The notes under the pieces were generated by a model that was given only the letters and a program-made list of their open reading frames with translations, did not search any database and was not told the origin of the DNA. Source: an uncultured Methanosarcinales archaeon (GTDB taxonomy: Archaea; Halobacteriota; Methanosarcinia; Methanotrichales; Methanotrichaceae). From it: a DNA stretch of 64,000 nucleotides. The stretch spans positions 192,001 through 256,000 of the forward strand of contig CAWJKV010000005.1 of NCBI GenBank assembly GCA_963843555.1, written 5' to 3'. Shown one piece after another: positions 40,680-50,192 of the stretch. Position 1 is the first letter of the stretch, and each line of letters starts with the position of its first letter. The position numbers and the translations under genes were made by a program.

Positions 40680-41710
40680 GTGGATTGATTTAGTCCATTA
40701 AGGATATTCTCGTAGCGCTGTACAATTCTCTCCACGATATCCATATCGTAAGGCTGGTGGGCAGGCACCTGGATCTCCGCCTCCAATTGCGCTGAATCCG
40801 GTGCCGCTCTGAGGCCGTCCTCCTGCACCTTCAGCCGAAGGTCGCGGGCGATCTCCTCGATCATGGGGGTCAGCGGCTTGATGGCTCTGGCCGTCTTTGC
40901 CTTTTTCCGGAATCTCTTCAGCAGGGAGTCCACTTCCGCGGCCAGGGGCTCGACATCCCCGCAGCCGGCAGACTGGACTATCGTCTCTGAGCTCTCTTTA
41001 AGTTGAGAAAGCGTGCGGACGCTGGCCTCCAGTATCTCTCCCGAGTAGTTCATCCGAACCCGCTCCGCGTAGCCGGGGGCAAGAACCAGGAGATCGATCT
41101 CTTTTAGCCGGCACTGGTCCTCTGCTTCGGGTTTGTAGGGATTTACCACTATGAAGTCCAGGCCCAGACGCAGAGCCAGGCTCTCATACATGGGGGAGAC
41201 GCCCACCAGCTTCTTTTCCTGGAGGAGGGCTCGCCTGACTGCCTCCGGATTGCAGGAGTTGATGCCGAAGTAATCGGCAAAGCCGCGAGTGGTGGTGAGG
41301 AGCTTGGTACGACTCTGCCGGACGGCATTTATGAGGCCCCTTTTCTCCAGCTCTTTCACGTGGTCGTAGCTCTTGTTGCCCCTGATCTCGACCAGATCGC
41401 TCTGCTTGATGGGCTGTTTATAGGCGATGATGGCCAGAGTCCTGATGAGCGGCGCTTCAATCTCTTTGGGGGCAAAAGACAGAACCCGGCCGGCCAGGCC
41501 GAAGCGAACCTGCATCGAATAACCCTCGCCGATGTTCTTGATCTCTATGCCTGAATCGCGATTGGCATACTCACTCGCCAGGTCATCCGCCGCGGCGCGA
41601 GCTCGCTCCTCGGAGATGCCGGAGAGATCGGCCAGCTCCTTTGGGGTGAGCGTCCTGCCCGCAGCAAAGAGGGCGGCTTCGATAACGGCTTTGGCGTTGG
41701 AATCCATCAT
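40676..41710 (-). CDS. scpB: SMC-Scp complex subunit ScpB with C-terminal extension
   Basis: IEAALFA, TLAIIAYKQPI.....IRG and TT..F..YFG motifs, plus ~170 extra residues. Confidence 0.9.
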   Translation of the reverse strand: MMDSNAKAVIEAALFAAGRTLTPKELADLSGISEERARAAADDLASEYANRDSGIEIKNIGEGYSMQVRFGLAGRVLSFAPKEIEAPLIRTLAIIAYKQPIKQSDLVEIRGNKSYDHVKELEKRGLINAVRQSRTKLLTTTRGFADYFGINSCNPEAVRRALLQEKKLVGVSPMYESLALRLGLDFIVVNPYKPEAEDQCRLKEIDLLVLAPGYAERVRMNYSGEILEASVRTLSQLKESSETIVQSAGCGDVEPLAAEVDSLLKRFRKKAKTARAIKPLTPMIEEIARDLRLKVQEDGLRAAPDSAQLEAEIQVPAHQPYDMDIVERIVQRYENILNGLNQST

Positions 41711-41792
41711 CAGATAACCTGGAAGCTATCTTCATCCGGAGAGGTTTAAGCTTGCGCTAGGGTCGGCCATTTCAAAAAAATTATGTCCTTGA

Positions 41793-42023
41793 CTATTTTT
41801 GACACCTGGTTGCTAAGAGCGTTACTCCGGTGACACCTGGAACTTTTGCAAATTCGAGGAAGGCACTGTTAAGGTAAACAGTATCGTCCGCAGCAATATG
41901 CAGAACCACACCGAACCCATAAGCGTTTCCGACCACCAATTGTTTAGCGTTCCCCAGGGAAAGGCTCCTTAGAGTTTCCACACTCACGTTTTGTCCTTCA
42001 ATCAAAACCAAACTTAGTATCAT
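41793..42023 (-). CDS. Small hypothetical protein
   Basis: MILSLVLIEG...VPGVTGVTLL; GGTGG RBS-like sequence upstream. Confidence 0.55.
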   Translation of the reverse strand: MILSLVLIEGQNVSVETLRSLSLGNAKQLVVGNAYGFGVVLHIAADDTVYLNSAFLEFAKVPGVTGVTLLATRCQK

Positions 42024-42312
42024 ATTTCCACCTACCAGTATCTTCAATAGCTTGGAATAACACAAGCTCATCGGCACGCTTCCGCGTGTCTACTGAGCGA
42101 TTTAATAGGTTGTTTCACTGAGGTTCTACAAATCCAATATTCACTTTGAGCTATTTTAGTTTATTCCTAATCTCCAGCCAATGGAAGCGTTATCCCATCT
42201 TGCACCATATTTTCGTTCTATTGGATGTGATAATAGCTTCTGAAGTCCTTTCAAAAGCCTGTGTGATCAAAAGAATCATTTAATTTTTAATTATGTTTTT
42301 TTTTGAAAATCC

Positions 42313-43851
42313 CTACAGTTTATACCGCCTGCCCTCATCCACCAGTACCACATTTTCGAAGCTCTCCCTGAACCAGTCCCTTGCCTCGGTATGGACAGGC
42401 ACTATGCAATCCGGGTCGATCTGCTCGATGGCCCAGGTGATATCCTCCCCGGATGCATGCCCCGAAGCATGGTATCGTTTATCAAAGGACAGAGACCCAT
42501 CTTCCTCCAGCGAAAAGCCGCACGAATTGATATTAAAGCGCTGGAGCCAGTGCCAGAGGCGAATGAAGTCGATCTCCATCTCCTCATTGAAGGCCTCACA
42601 GGCCGAGTAGATGTAGGTTCCGCCATCCGGCTTTATGTCCAGGAGGTGCTTCATATCAAAGAAGGAGAAGCAGAGGATGTAATCCTCCGGGTTCTCCCGA
42701 ATGGAAGCATAATCTACGTATCGATCTCCATAGAGAGATGAAACAACCTCCTGCTCCCACTTTCTCTTCGACTTGTCGGTGATCTCGCTGTAGATCCAGA
42801 GGCCTCCGGTCGTGCACGATCCGTCGATGCACTGCAGGTTGTGCAGCATGTAGACATCCTTGGCCATGGCCACCAGCTTCCTGCCCGTCTTCCGGGCGAT
42901 CTCCTGGAAGGACTCCAGCCTCTCGAAGTTCCGGGGTGAGAAGTCAGCTATCACAAGGCCCTGTGAGCTCTCCACTGACTCCCGGCAAGCTTCGCCTACG
43001 GACTTCTCCGAGGTCTTCTCATCATCTCTGGATCGGCTGGCCCTGGTGCCTTCCGTGATCAGAACCGAAGCCTCCCTGGCATGCCTGATGAACTCCCGGG
43101 TGGATTGCTCCTGTTTGCCGTGCAGTCTGAAGTCCCCCGTATAAGCGACAGTGGTCTCGCCCCTCAGGATGTAGGCCGTGGCCCCAAAGATGGAATGGTC
43201 AACAGGATGGGCAGAGATCTCAAAGGGGAAGGCGGCATTATCAAAGCTGCAGCACTTTCCGGGTTCCAGCTTCTTGGCCCTCTTGCCATCCTGCCCCGGC
43301 CTGCGGGATAAAAAGCAAGCTAGAGCCTCCGAGGGCTCCTCTGTGCAGCAGAAGTCTCTGCCCTGATAGTTCATGCCGGCCACAGATGATAGATAAAGGC
43401 CCAGTTCGTCGGAAGGCTGGCGGGGAGAGAAATAGGTGGTGTCCCCTTCCAGGGATGTGCTGGCTGTATCCTGCATGCCCTTCATTATGACAATGCTCTC
43501 TGGCGAGGTCACGATGGGGATATCTTTTCTCAGCATCCCGATGTTCCCGCAGTGATCCATATGGGCGTGGCTTAGAAGGACGGCGGCGACGTTGAGGGAG
43601 GGGTACTGGCCCATGGACAGATCGGATGGTATGAGATCCGGGCGGTAGATGTTGAGCTTGGGCAGGAGATCGAGGTACATCAGGTCGTGAATGCCGCGGG
43701 TGTCCCGGTTTTTCAGGAACTCTTCGTAAAAGATCCCGTATTTGCCGAAGTTCTTGCCGAAGTCCAGGAAGACGCCTTTTCCACCCTCTTCCAGGTAGAT
43801 TTTGTTGCCGCCAATTCCGTTGGCTCCATCATAAACTGTAAGCGATACCAT
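42313..43851 (-). CDS. MBL-fold/beta-CASP hydrolase (RNase J-like)
   Basis: IGGN, HAHMDH, VDHS, YTGDFR, EGT and HASGH motifs. Confidence 0.88.
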   Translation of the reverse strand: MVSLTVYDGANGIGGNKIYLEEGGKGVFLDFGKNFGKYGIFYEEFLKNRDTRGIHDLMYLDLLPKLNIYRPDLIPSDLSMGQYPSLNVAAVLLSHAHMDHCGNIGMLRKDIPIVTSPESIVIMKGMQDTASTSLEGDTTYFSPRQPSDELGLYLSSVAGMNYQGRDFCCTEEPSEALACFLSRRPGQDGKRAKKLEPGKCCSFDNAAFPFEISAHPVDHSIFGATAYILRGETTVAYTGDFRLHGKQEQSTREFIRHAREASVLITEGTRASRSRDDEKTSEKSVGEACRESVESSQGLVIADFSPRNFERLESFQEIARKTGRKLVAMAKDVYMLHNLQCIDGSCTTGGLWIYSEITDKSKRKWEQEVVSSLYGDRYVDYASIRENPEDYILCFSFFDMKHLLDIKPDGGTYIYSACEAFNEEMEIDFIRLWHWLQRFNINSCGFSLEEDGSLSFDKRYHASGHASGEDITWAIEQIDPDCIVPVHTEARDWFRESFENVVLVDEGRRYKL

Positions 43852-44168
43852 CTTATTCCTCCTGGCCGGTCGTTGCTCAATCTAAGAGGCAATCATTGGG
43901 AAACAATATAAGTTTTTTGATAGAATAGAGTAAAGCGAGTTACTATGGTGTCTCTGGATTCTCAGTCCATCTTGAAACCGTATGCCGGATTTTCAGATGA
44001 TGCCCGGTGATAGATCGCTCTTTCTCTGCCACGGGGACCATTTTCCTTTCTCTGTTCTTGAGATCGCTGCGCTGCCCTCAGATCATAGTTCCGAACTTAT
44101 TTTACTTATATGACGTATCTACTGATAAGTATCAATCTGATGCAATTCTAATATGATTAGGTGATAAA

Positions 44169-44547
44169 ATGAAATTCGTTGGAAAACTAGCCCTGGGAAT
44201 TCTCATTGTAGCGGCTACGCTGGTTGCGGTCTGCGTCGCCCAAGACGTGGTTCCAAAAGCGATCCCACAAGCAATAGTTTTTGTGGATACTAATTTTGGC
44301 GGCGATCATAGACATTTCTTTGATACAGATCCAGATTGACCAGTGGCTCGAATGAGTGGATCGATGATATCTCATCGATTGTAGTACTTTATGGGAATTA
44401 GTCTTTCTATGAAAATCCTGTAGGTGCGGGAGACACGGCAGCAATCCACACATTACATTAGGGCCCGGAACTTATCCAGATTTGACCAAATTGGGCGGCA
44501 TAGCGGACAATACCATCTCACAAGTCCGTTTGAATTCAGCATCGTAA
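44169..44547 (+). pseudogene. Secreted beta/gamma-crystallin domain protein, disrupted
   Basis: Signal peptide, then FVDTNFGG, DDISSIVV..GN*SFYEN and LGPGTYPDL...IADNTISQVR. Two indels plus a TAG at 44399. Confidence 0.7.
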
Positions 44548-44854
44548 AGAGAAGATGTAGATAAGGTCCATGCTAAGATCCTTTGGATCAAGCCTTATTA
44601 TCACAATTATTTTTTTTAAAAATTACCATAGAACATTATGTGTTTCGCTATCCCGAATTGTTCTATAGATATCGATTTTGACCAATGAAATGAGGCCAGT
44701 CAACAACTTGTTTCAGAATGAAACATATCTGTTGATGAAGTCACTCCCAGTTAGCTCTCTGGAAATGGTCATGGGAATATCATGAAACACGTCTATTGAT
44801 GCTGATTTGCGTGGACCGCAAGTTGGTTCTCTCTACTGGATACTACCATGAAAT

Positions 44855-45170
44855 TTACATCAAAACTGGCACGTTACCTTTGAGGATCAACTCGCAATCC
44901 TTTTTAACTTGCTTATTGTAGAATATTCTGTATCTATACTTGGGCACCAACACGATGTGGTAGGTGATTTGACCATAGCCATGGCTGAAGCTGCGCAATT
45001 CCAACGCTTATCACATCCTAGCTATAGGTGGGTGGCACCACCTGTGGCTAAGGTGCCAAGTACAACCTCATCTTAAGAGAATCAATGTTTTATTGATTTA
45101 AGAGAGTACAGAGAAAGGGCGAGGGTTCACTTTATCCCCGACCTGAAGGTCGGGGTATTCGTGACCCTTC
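44855..45170 (-). mobile_element. tnpA: IS200/IS605 remnant: end hairpin plus truncated tnpA
   Basis: 45004..44855 encodes MELRSFSHGYGQITYHIVLVPKYRYRIF... (HUH Y1 transposase N-terminus), ending before the HUH motif. Hairpin CCCCGACC-TGAA-GGTCGGGG at 45136-45155 lies inside a longer stem at 45121-45170. Confidence 0.85.
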
Positions 45171-45204
45171 GCGCTACCAATGTAATAAAGATATTCACTA
45201 AAAT

Positions 45205-46068
45205 GTGAATTCCAAGAAACAGGAAACAGGAGAGATGCTTCAAGAATTTTTGAGGTTAATTATGAAAGGTAATAACTGGAAAATAAGTCTATTCAATTGG
45301 TCCGATATTCTAGTATCGAATTTAATTACTTTTATCGAAACTGTTTTCCAAGGATTATGGTTTGGTTTTCTAGAACAAAAAGATTTTAATATTATCACTA
45401 AAATGTATTACTCATCAACAGGAATGTACCAGGAGGAGGTGTATAATCTATCAGGCTTTTGGTATTGGGAGGAACAAATTGTAAACAATTTTTTTAAAGA
45501 TTGTCGAACAGTTTTGGTAGGGGCGGCAGGAGGGGGAAGAGAAATAATAGCCTCATCAAAACGAGGAATAAACGTGGAAGCATTTGAATGCAATAACGAT
45601 CTGGTATTATATTGCTCACACTTATTAAAAAAATATGGTATATTGGCAAAGATAGTCCTTTCAGCTCCTGACCATGTTCCTGATGAAATGGGAATCTATG
45701 ACGGACTTATAATTGGTTGGGGGGGATATATGCATATCATTGGCTACGAAAATCGAGTTCAATTTTTGAAAGAATGTCATGAACACGTCAAGCCGAATAG
45801 TCCGATATTCCTCTCATTTTGGACAAGGAACGAGTCCAATGTGTTTGATTTTCATAGCACAAGGATAGCAAAATTCATTCGTTTTCTTCGAAGGAACGAC
45901 GAGCCTATAGAAATTGGAGATACGATAGATTTACCTGGTTACTATCACAGGTTTACCAAAGACGAGATCGAAAAAGAACTAAAAGAAGCAGGATTCCTTT
46001 TAGTGTTCTATTCTGAATCTGGCGTACCGCATGCTGTAGGAAAAGCATTTGATCAAATATTGAATTAA
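45205..46068 (+). CDS. Class I SAM-dependent methyltransferase (AT-rich)
   Basis: VLVGAAGGGRE, AFECN and YDGLIIGWGGYMHI motifs; start uncertain. Confidence 0.75.
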   Translation: MNSKKQETGEMLQEFLRLIMKGNNWKISLFNWSDILVSNLITFIETVFQGLWFGFLEQKDFNIITKMYYSSTGMYQEEVYNLSGFWYWEEQIVNNFFKDCRTVLVGAAGGGREIIASSKRGINVEAFECNNDLVLYCSHLLKKYGILAKIVLSAPDHVPDEMGIYDGLIIGWGGYMHIIGYENRVQFLKECHEHVKPNSPIFLSFWTRNESNVFDFHSTRIAKFIRFLRRNDEPIEIGDTIDLPGYYHRFTKDEIEKELKEAGFLLVFYSESGVPHAVGKAFDQILN

Positions 46069-46073
46069 TAATC

Positions 46074-46415
46074 ATGCTAATAACCAGATGTGATCGGTTA
46101 TATCATCCTGCCCGCTTTGCCGGACAGTCGAGTTTATTCATCCCTGTTTCTTTCCATACTATTCATACTGGTATCGATTACGTATCTTGGGGGCAAAGAG
46201 CAGATAATATAAATGCTATAAAAGCGCATTATGCTTATGAAAAATTTCGTTTATTGCTGGATACACGTCAGAGCACAGAGTATTCCTGTGGGGCATCTGC
46301 CCTTCAGACGGTTCTAAGCTATTGGGGAAAGGACCTGGATGAAAAAGAGCTGATGGAGCTGATGCATACAACTCCTGAAACAGGCACTTATCCAGAGGAC
46401 ATTGTTAGGACTGCC
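46074..46415 (+). pseudogene. C39 cysteine peptidase N-terminal fragment
   Basis: RQSTEYSCGASAL..VL.YWG...GT motif; ends before the catalytic His/Asp. Confidence 0.7.
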
Positions 46416-46419
46416 AGTT

Positions 46420-46631
46420 TATCACCGTCTTCCCTGTGATAATTCCCTTATACGTTTATAGACGATTCTAGATCTGCACTCTTCTGGTCTCATCTCATAG
46501 CGATTCTAATATTCGTGCTAATTGGCATAGCATGGGCAAAGTATCTGAACAAAAATATGCTCAAAGCCGGTTTAGCTCTAGGAATATTGGCAGCAATTAC
46601 TATATCTGTAACGTATTACTTCGGCTGGTGA
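46420..46631 (+). pseudogene. C-terminal fragment of a VIT1/CCC1-like membrane protein
   Basis: Manual translation with one indel: VFPVIIPYTFIDDSRSALFWSHLIAILIFVLIGIAWAKYL...YFGW*. Confidence 0.5.
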
Positions 46632-46846
46632 TCGCATTCAGCTATTCATCTTTGAGGTGATATTTTAGTTGAATATAAGGTAGAATAAACAACAAAAGAT
46701 GTAGCTACTGGTTGCAGACGTCTTCGATAGCAAGGCAGCAGCTGATGCCGCTGTGAAAAAGAAAAAAAGGGTTTTGCTCCAAGTTTTAAGATGGTAAATG
46801 CTAACTAGTTTGGAGACAATATCTGTCTATATTTTGGAGGAAAATT

Positions 46847-49219
46847 ATGTCAAACCAACCCGATAAACATCTTCGTTCGGTCCTCCCTATCCCGGATCTG
46901 GTGCAGCACGGCCTGACCACTTATGATGCGAAGGACCCGGACACCCGATTTCTGCCCATCCAGCGGATCGAACCGCCAGAAGGCGCGCCGAATGTTCTGA
47001 TCGTCTTGATCGACGATGCCGGCTTTGGCTCATCCAGTGCGTTTGGTGGCCCGTGCAAGACGCCAAACTTTGAGAAGCTAGCTGCGGGTGGCATCCGCTT
47101 CAACCGCTTCCACACGACCTCGCTGTGCGCGCCGACCCGCGCTGCGCTGCTAACAGGCCGCAATCACCACTCGGTCAACATGGGCTGTGTGACCGAGCTG
47201 GCGACCTCAGCACCCGGACAAACCTCATTGCGCCCGAACACTAAAGCGCCGCTGGCCGAAATCTTGAAACTGAACGGCTACAATACCGCCCAGTTCGGCA
47301 AATGCCACGAGGTTCCGTTGTTCCACAACAGCCCGATGGGACCGTTTGACATGTGGCCCACCGGTTCGGGCTTTGAGCATTTCTACGGCTTTATTGGCGG
47401 TGAGGACAACCAGTGGTATCCCTCGCTCTACGATGGAACCAGGCCCGTCGAGCCGTCCAAGACACCTGAGCAGGGCTATCATATGACCGAGGACCTGGCC
47501 GACCATGCAATCACGTGGATTCGAACCCAGAAATCGATCATGCCGAACAAGCCATTCTTTGTTTACTTTGCGCCCGGTGCGACGCACGCGCCGCATCATG
47601 TGCCAAAGAAATGGATTGATAATTACAAAGGCAAGTTCGCCCACGGCTGGGACAAGCAGCGCGAGATCACGTTTGCCAAACAAAAAGAGATGGGAGTGAT
47701 CGCCAAAGACGCCGAGCTGACTGCCCGCCCCGCTGAGCTTCCCGCCTGGGATGACATGCCTGCCGCGCTCAAGCCTGTGCTGGAGCGGCAGATGGAGACG
47801 TATGCCGGATTCATGACGCACACCGATCACCAGGTCGGACGCATCCTCGACACGATCGAGGAACTTGGCATCATGGACAACACGTTTATCTATGTGATCA
47901 CCGGCGACAACGGCGCTTCGGCAGAGGGTACGATCAAGGGTACCTTCAATGAGTTCATCCCGTTGAACGGTATGGGCGATGTCATTGAGACGCCCGAGTT
48001 TCTGAACGCCAATCTCGAAAAGTGGGGCGGTCCCGAAGCCTATAACCACTACTCAATTGGCTGGGCGTGGGCGATGGATACGCCGTATCAATGGACTAAA
48101 CAGGTCGCCTCGCACTGGGGCGGCACCCGCAACGGCACCATCGTGCACTGGCCCAAAGGCATCCAGGAAAAGGGCGGGAACCGCTTCCAATTCAGTCACG
48201 TCATTGACGTCGCACCTACTGTTCTCGAAGCAGCCGGCATTCCTGAACCGGTCCAGGTACATGGCGTGACCCAATCGCCGATGGAAGGCACGAGCATGCT
48301 GTATGCGTTCAATGCGACGAACGAGCCGGAGCGTCACGACCTGCAATACTTCGAGATGTTCTGCAACCGCGGCATCTACTACAAGGGCTGGAGCGCGTGC
48401 ACCAAGCATCGAACGCCGTGGGTACTGGGGGTAGGGCTGAAGTTGCCTGCCTTCGACGACGATGTCTGGGAACTGTATGATGGCAGCAAGGACTACAGCC
48501 AGGCGCATGACCTGTCCAAAGAGAATCCGGAGATGCTGCACAAGCTGCAGCGCCTCTTCCTGATGGAAGCGACAAAGTACAACGTCCTCCCTCTAGACGA
48601 CCGCAGTGTTGAGCGGTTCCTTCCGGAGCTGGCGGGCCGACCAACTGTCGCCAAAGGCAAGAAGCAGATCTTCTTCCCTGGGATGAAGCGGATCTCGGAG
48701 GCGACCGTCCTTAACACGAAGAACAAATCCTTCCAGGTTACAGCGCAGATCGTCGTGCCCGACGGAGCGAAGGGGACCATCGCCGCCCAGGGCGGCGGGA
48801 GTGGTGGCTGGGCCCTGCTGATGGAAAAGGGTGCGGCGCGCTTTGTCTACAACCTGTTCGGTGTCAACGTTTTCCTGACAGACGCCACTAAGCCCGTGCC
48901 CGCAGGCGAGCACCAGGTGCGCGCCGAGTTCGCTTATGCCGGCGGTGGATTGGCCAAAGGCGGCACAGTAACACTCTACTACGACGGCGAGAAGGTCGGC
49001 GAAGGCAAGGTGGCTGTTACGGTGCCGGTGATCTTCTCCGCCACCGAAGGACTCGACATCGGCCGCGAGCTGGGTACACCTGTGATGCCCAAGGCGAAAG
49101 TCGAGGAGACCGTGTTTACCGGCGAAATCAAATTGGTGGAGCTGAGCATCGGCGACGACGATCACAGCCATATGATTGATCCGGAAGACTACATGCACAT
49201 GATCATGAGCAAGCAGTAA
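46847..49219 (+). CDS. Arylsulfatase (Cys-type formylglycine-dependent)
   Basis: PNVLIVLIDD, LCAPTRAALLTGR, FGKCH, HAPHH and DNG motifs; LamG-like C-terminus; GGAGG RBS. Confidence 0.95.
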   Translation: MSNQPDKHLRSVLPIPDLVQHGLTTYDAKDPDTRFLPIQRIEPPEGAPNVLIVLIDDAGFGSSSAFGGPCKTPNFEKLAAGGIRFNRFHTTSLCAPTRAALLTGRNHHSVNMGCVTELATSAPGQTSLRPNTKAPLAEILKLNGYNTAQFGKCHEVPLFHNSPMGPFDMWPTGSGFEHFYGFIGGEDNQWYPSLYDGTRPVEPSKTPEQGYHMTEDLADHAITWIRTQKSIMPNKPFFVYFAPGATHAPHHVPKKWIDNYKGKFAHGWDKQREITFAKQKEMGVIAKDAELTARPAELPAWDDMPAALKPVLERQMETYAGFMTHTDHQVGRILDTIEELGIMDNTFIYVITGDNGASAEGTIKGTFNEFIPLNGMGDVIETPEFLNANLEKWGGPEAYNHYSIGWAWAMDTPYQWTKQVASHWGGTRNGTIVHWPKGIQEKGGNRFQFSHVIDVAPTVLEAAGIPEPVQVHGVTQSPMEGTSMLYAFNATNEPERHDLQYFEMFCNRGIYYKGWSACTKHRTPWVLGVGLKLPAFDDDVWELYDGSKDYSQAHDLSKENPEMLHKLQRLFLMEATKYNVLPLDDRSVERFLPELAGRPTVAKGKKQIFFPGMKRISEATVLNTKNKSFQVTAQIVVPDGAKGTIAAQGGGSGGWALLMEKGAARFVYNLFGVNVFLTDATKPVPAGEHQVRAEFAYAGGGLAKGGTVTLYYDGEKVGEGKVAVTVPVIFSATEGLDIGRELGTPVMPKAKVEETVFTGEIKLVELSIGDDDHSHMIDPEDYMHMIMSKQ

Positions 49220-49233
49220 GAAAGAGTGGTTCT

Positions 49234-49268
49234 CAGACCGGGCAGGTCTCCGAGACCTACCCGGCCTG
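49234..49268. repeat. REP-like intergenic hairpin
   Basis: CAGACCGGGCAGGTCT-CCG-AGACCTACCCGGCCTG between the sulfatase and SRPBCC genes. Confidence 0.6.
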
Positions 49269-49281
49269 GAGGAGAAATAAC

Positions 49282-49803
49282 ATGAGCAACTTCGGCTTTG
49301 ACCCAACCAAGTTCACAAGCGCGCAGCTCCAAACCGAGGGTTGGATTCGATTTCTGGATACGCCCGAGCAAGTATTTGCGCGGATAGCCGACCACGAGGG
49401 CATGACGGAATGGGTACCGCTGCTCAAAAGAGTCACAGTCACTCATCCGCAAAAACTCGTGCCGGGCGAGAGCGCCATCGGCACAACGCGTGAGCTTGTT
49501 TTTCAAGGAGGCATTACATTGGTCGAGCACATTGTGTTTTGGAATGCGCCTTTGTGTTACGCGTATGACACCCAAGGCAAAGGATTCCCTTTGCAGAATT
49601 ACATCGGATTGATGGGCGTGGAGCCGACAAAAAATGGCGGCGGTACGTTTATCTTTCGAGAATATTTTGACGTAAAAGGGCGCGTCAAACAAGCTGTGAT
49701 CCCTCATGGTGTTGTGCCCCCGATGCGACAGGCTCTGCATAAGTTGAGCCAATTGATTGGCGGAACAGAGTACGACGTCAAGCATGTCAATGTGCAGCAT
49801 TGA
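49282..49803 (+). CDS. SRPBCC/polyketide cyclase family protein
   Basis: PEQVF..IAD......W.P, G.TR and E.I..W pattern; GGAGG RBS. Confidence 0.8.
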   Translation: MSNFGFDPTKFTSAQLQTEGWIRFLDTPEQVFARIADHEGMTEWVPLLKRVTVTHPQKLVPGESAIGTTRELVFQGGITLVEHIVFWNAPLCYAYDTQGKGFPLQNYIGLMGVEPTKNGGGTFIFREYFDVKGRVKQAVIPHGVVPPMRQALHKLSQLIGGTEYDVKHVNVQH

Positions 49804-49911
49804 TTTGTAGAGCGAGAAGAGTGGCGCTCTTCGAATTTCTGATTATGTTAGAAATCAGAAATTATTACAGATAGCATCATCGCACTCTATAATATGGTTA
49901 ATTTGGCTTTA

Positions 49912-50047
49912 AAAAATAGTTGCGTCGCAACTATTTTTATTTTAATAGGATACTTTTATATCGTGAAAGAATAACCATATAGTAGCAAAAAAGGATTTTA
50001 GATGTATATCATTTTATAATAGCAACTAAGATAGTTGCGCGCAACTA
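49912..50047. promoter_or_regulatory. Cluster of TAGTTGC palindromic sites (putative operator)
   Basis: AAAAATAGTTGCG-T-CGCAACTATTTTT at 49912-49938, TAGTTGCGCGCAACTA at 50032-50047, and an extra half-site GCAACTA at 50022-50028. Confidence 0.6.
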
Positions 50048-50192
50048 ATTTTTGAGTCGTTCTATGAGTAAATCATTCGCTCTGTTAAGACGAAACTTCA
50101 AAAATTGGAGCGAATCCCTGACAGTGGACAATTATGAATGGGCAGTGGCCCTGCCCGATACCTCGATTTCTAAACCGAATTTCTACAGTCAC

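Noticed and set aside
44399..44401. In-frame TAG as pyrrolysine
   Set aside because: It sits at a probable Trp codon (TGG to TAG) in a gene that also has indels; no pyl genes in the window.
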